Positions 63,601-64,000 of a DNA stretch of 64,000 bases are shown here, one piece after another. Position 1 is the first letter of the stretch; each line of letters opens with the position of its first letter. Position numbers and translations under genes: made by a program. This DNA comes from Camelus dromedarius (lineage: Eukaryota): positions 18,974,001 through 19,038,000 of the forward strand of contig NC_087437.1 in NCBI RefSeq assembly GCF_036321535.1. Direction: 5' to 3'. The notes under the pieces are model-generated. The model made no database searches. It worked only from the letters and a program-made list of their open reading frames with translations, and was not told the DNA's origin.

Positions 63601-63739
63601 GTGTTTGGGTTTTTTTATTTATATAAAGTTTTATCAGATAACTATAAGCCTAAAATCTATGTTACCTACTTATGGTAAGAAAGAACATAATTAGGATCCA
63701 TGATGTCCCCCAAATTCTCTTCATTTTTTAAGTATTTAT

Positions 63740-63920
63740 TTTTTATTTATTTTTAAAATTGACGTATAGTTGATTTACAATATATTAATTTCTGGTGTAT
63801 AGCATAGTGATTCATATATACGTGTAAGTATATATATTCCTTTTCATATTCTTTTTCATTATAGGCTATTACAAAATATTGAATATAGTTCCCTATGCTA
63901 TGAGGTAGGTCCTTGTTGTT
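63740..63920 (-). mobile_element. Short L1 3' end
   Basis: TTGACGTATAGTTGATTTACAATATATT...ATATAGTTCCCTATGCTAT artiodactyl-type L1 3' tip. Confidence 0.75.
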
Positions 63921-64000
63921 TAGGAGAGTTTGGGTTTTTCCCAAAGTATGTGGAAAGCCACTCAAGCAGAGGAGTTGGTGATCAAAGTTGTTCGTAACGA

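Noticed and set aside
1..64000. CRISPR arrays, operons or other prokaryotic systems
   Set aside because: The sequence is mammalian and dominated by LINE/LTR repeats; no regularly spaced repeat-spacer array was seen.

Overview
Mammalian genomic DNA, most likely camelid (tRNA-derived SINEs resembling Vic-1, plus young L1s). There are no prokaryotic features. The window holds four intronless, CpG-rich paralogs of the proline-rich protein 23 family (PRR23A/B/C-like), each with a different fate. Copy 1 (1-312, -, cut by the window edge) is a pseudogene. Copy 2 (6394-7170, -) is intact, 258 aa. Copy 3 (21236-22075, +) has a poly-Glu/poly-Ala insertion and a compensated double frameshift. Copy 4 (45465-46382, -) has a stop-loss C-terminal extension. 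Copies 3 and 4 lie on the arms of an old inverted duplication (~19.4-28.6 kb vs ~35-48.1 kb) whose patchy identity suggests arm-to-arm gene conversion. The left arm appears to sit inside an L1 that itself interrupts a decayed class I ERV provirus spread over ~12-43.6 kb. The rest is nested retroelements and DNA transposon fossils, including a 3'-truncated U4 snRNA retrocopy with a TSD and candidate L1 3' transductions. Repeat boundaries and subfamily names were assigned by eye and are approximate.
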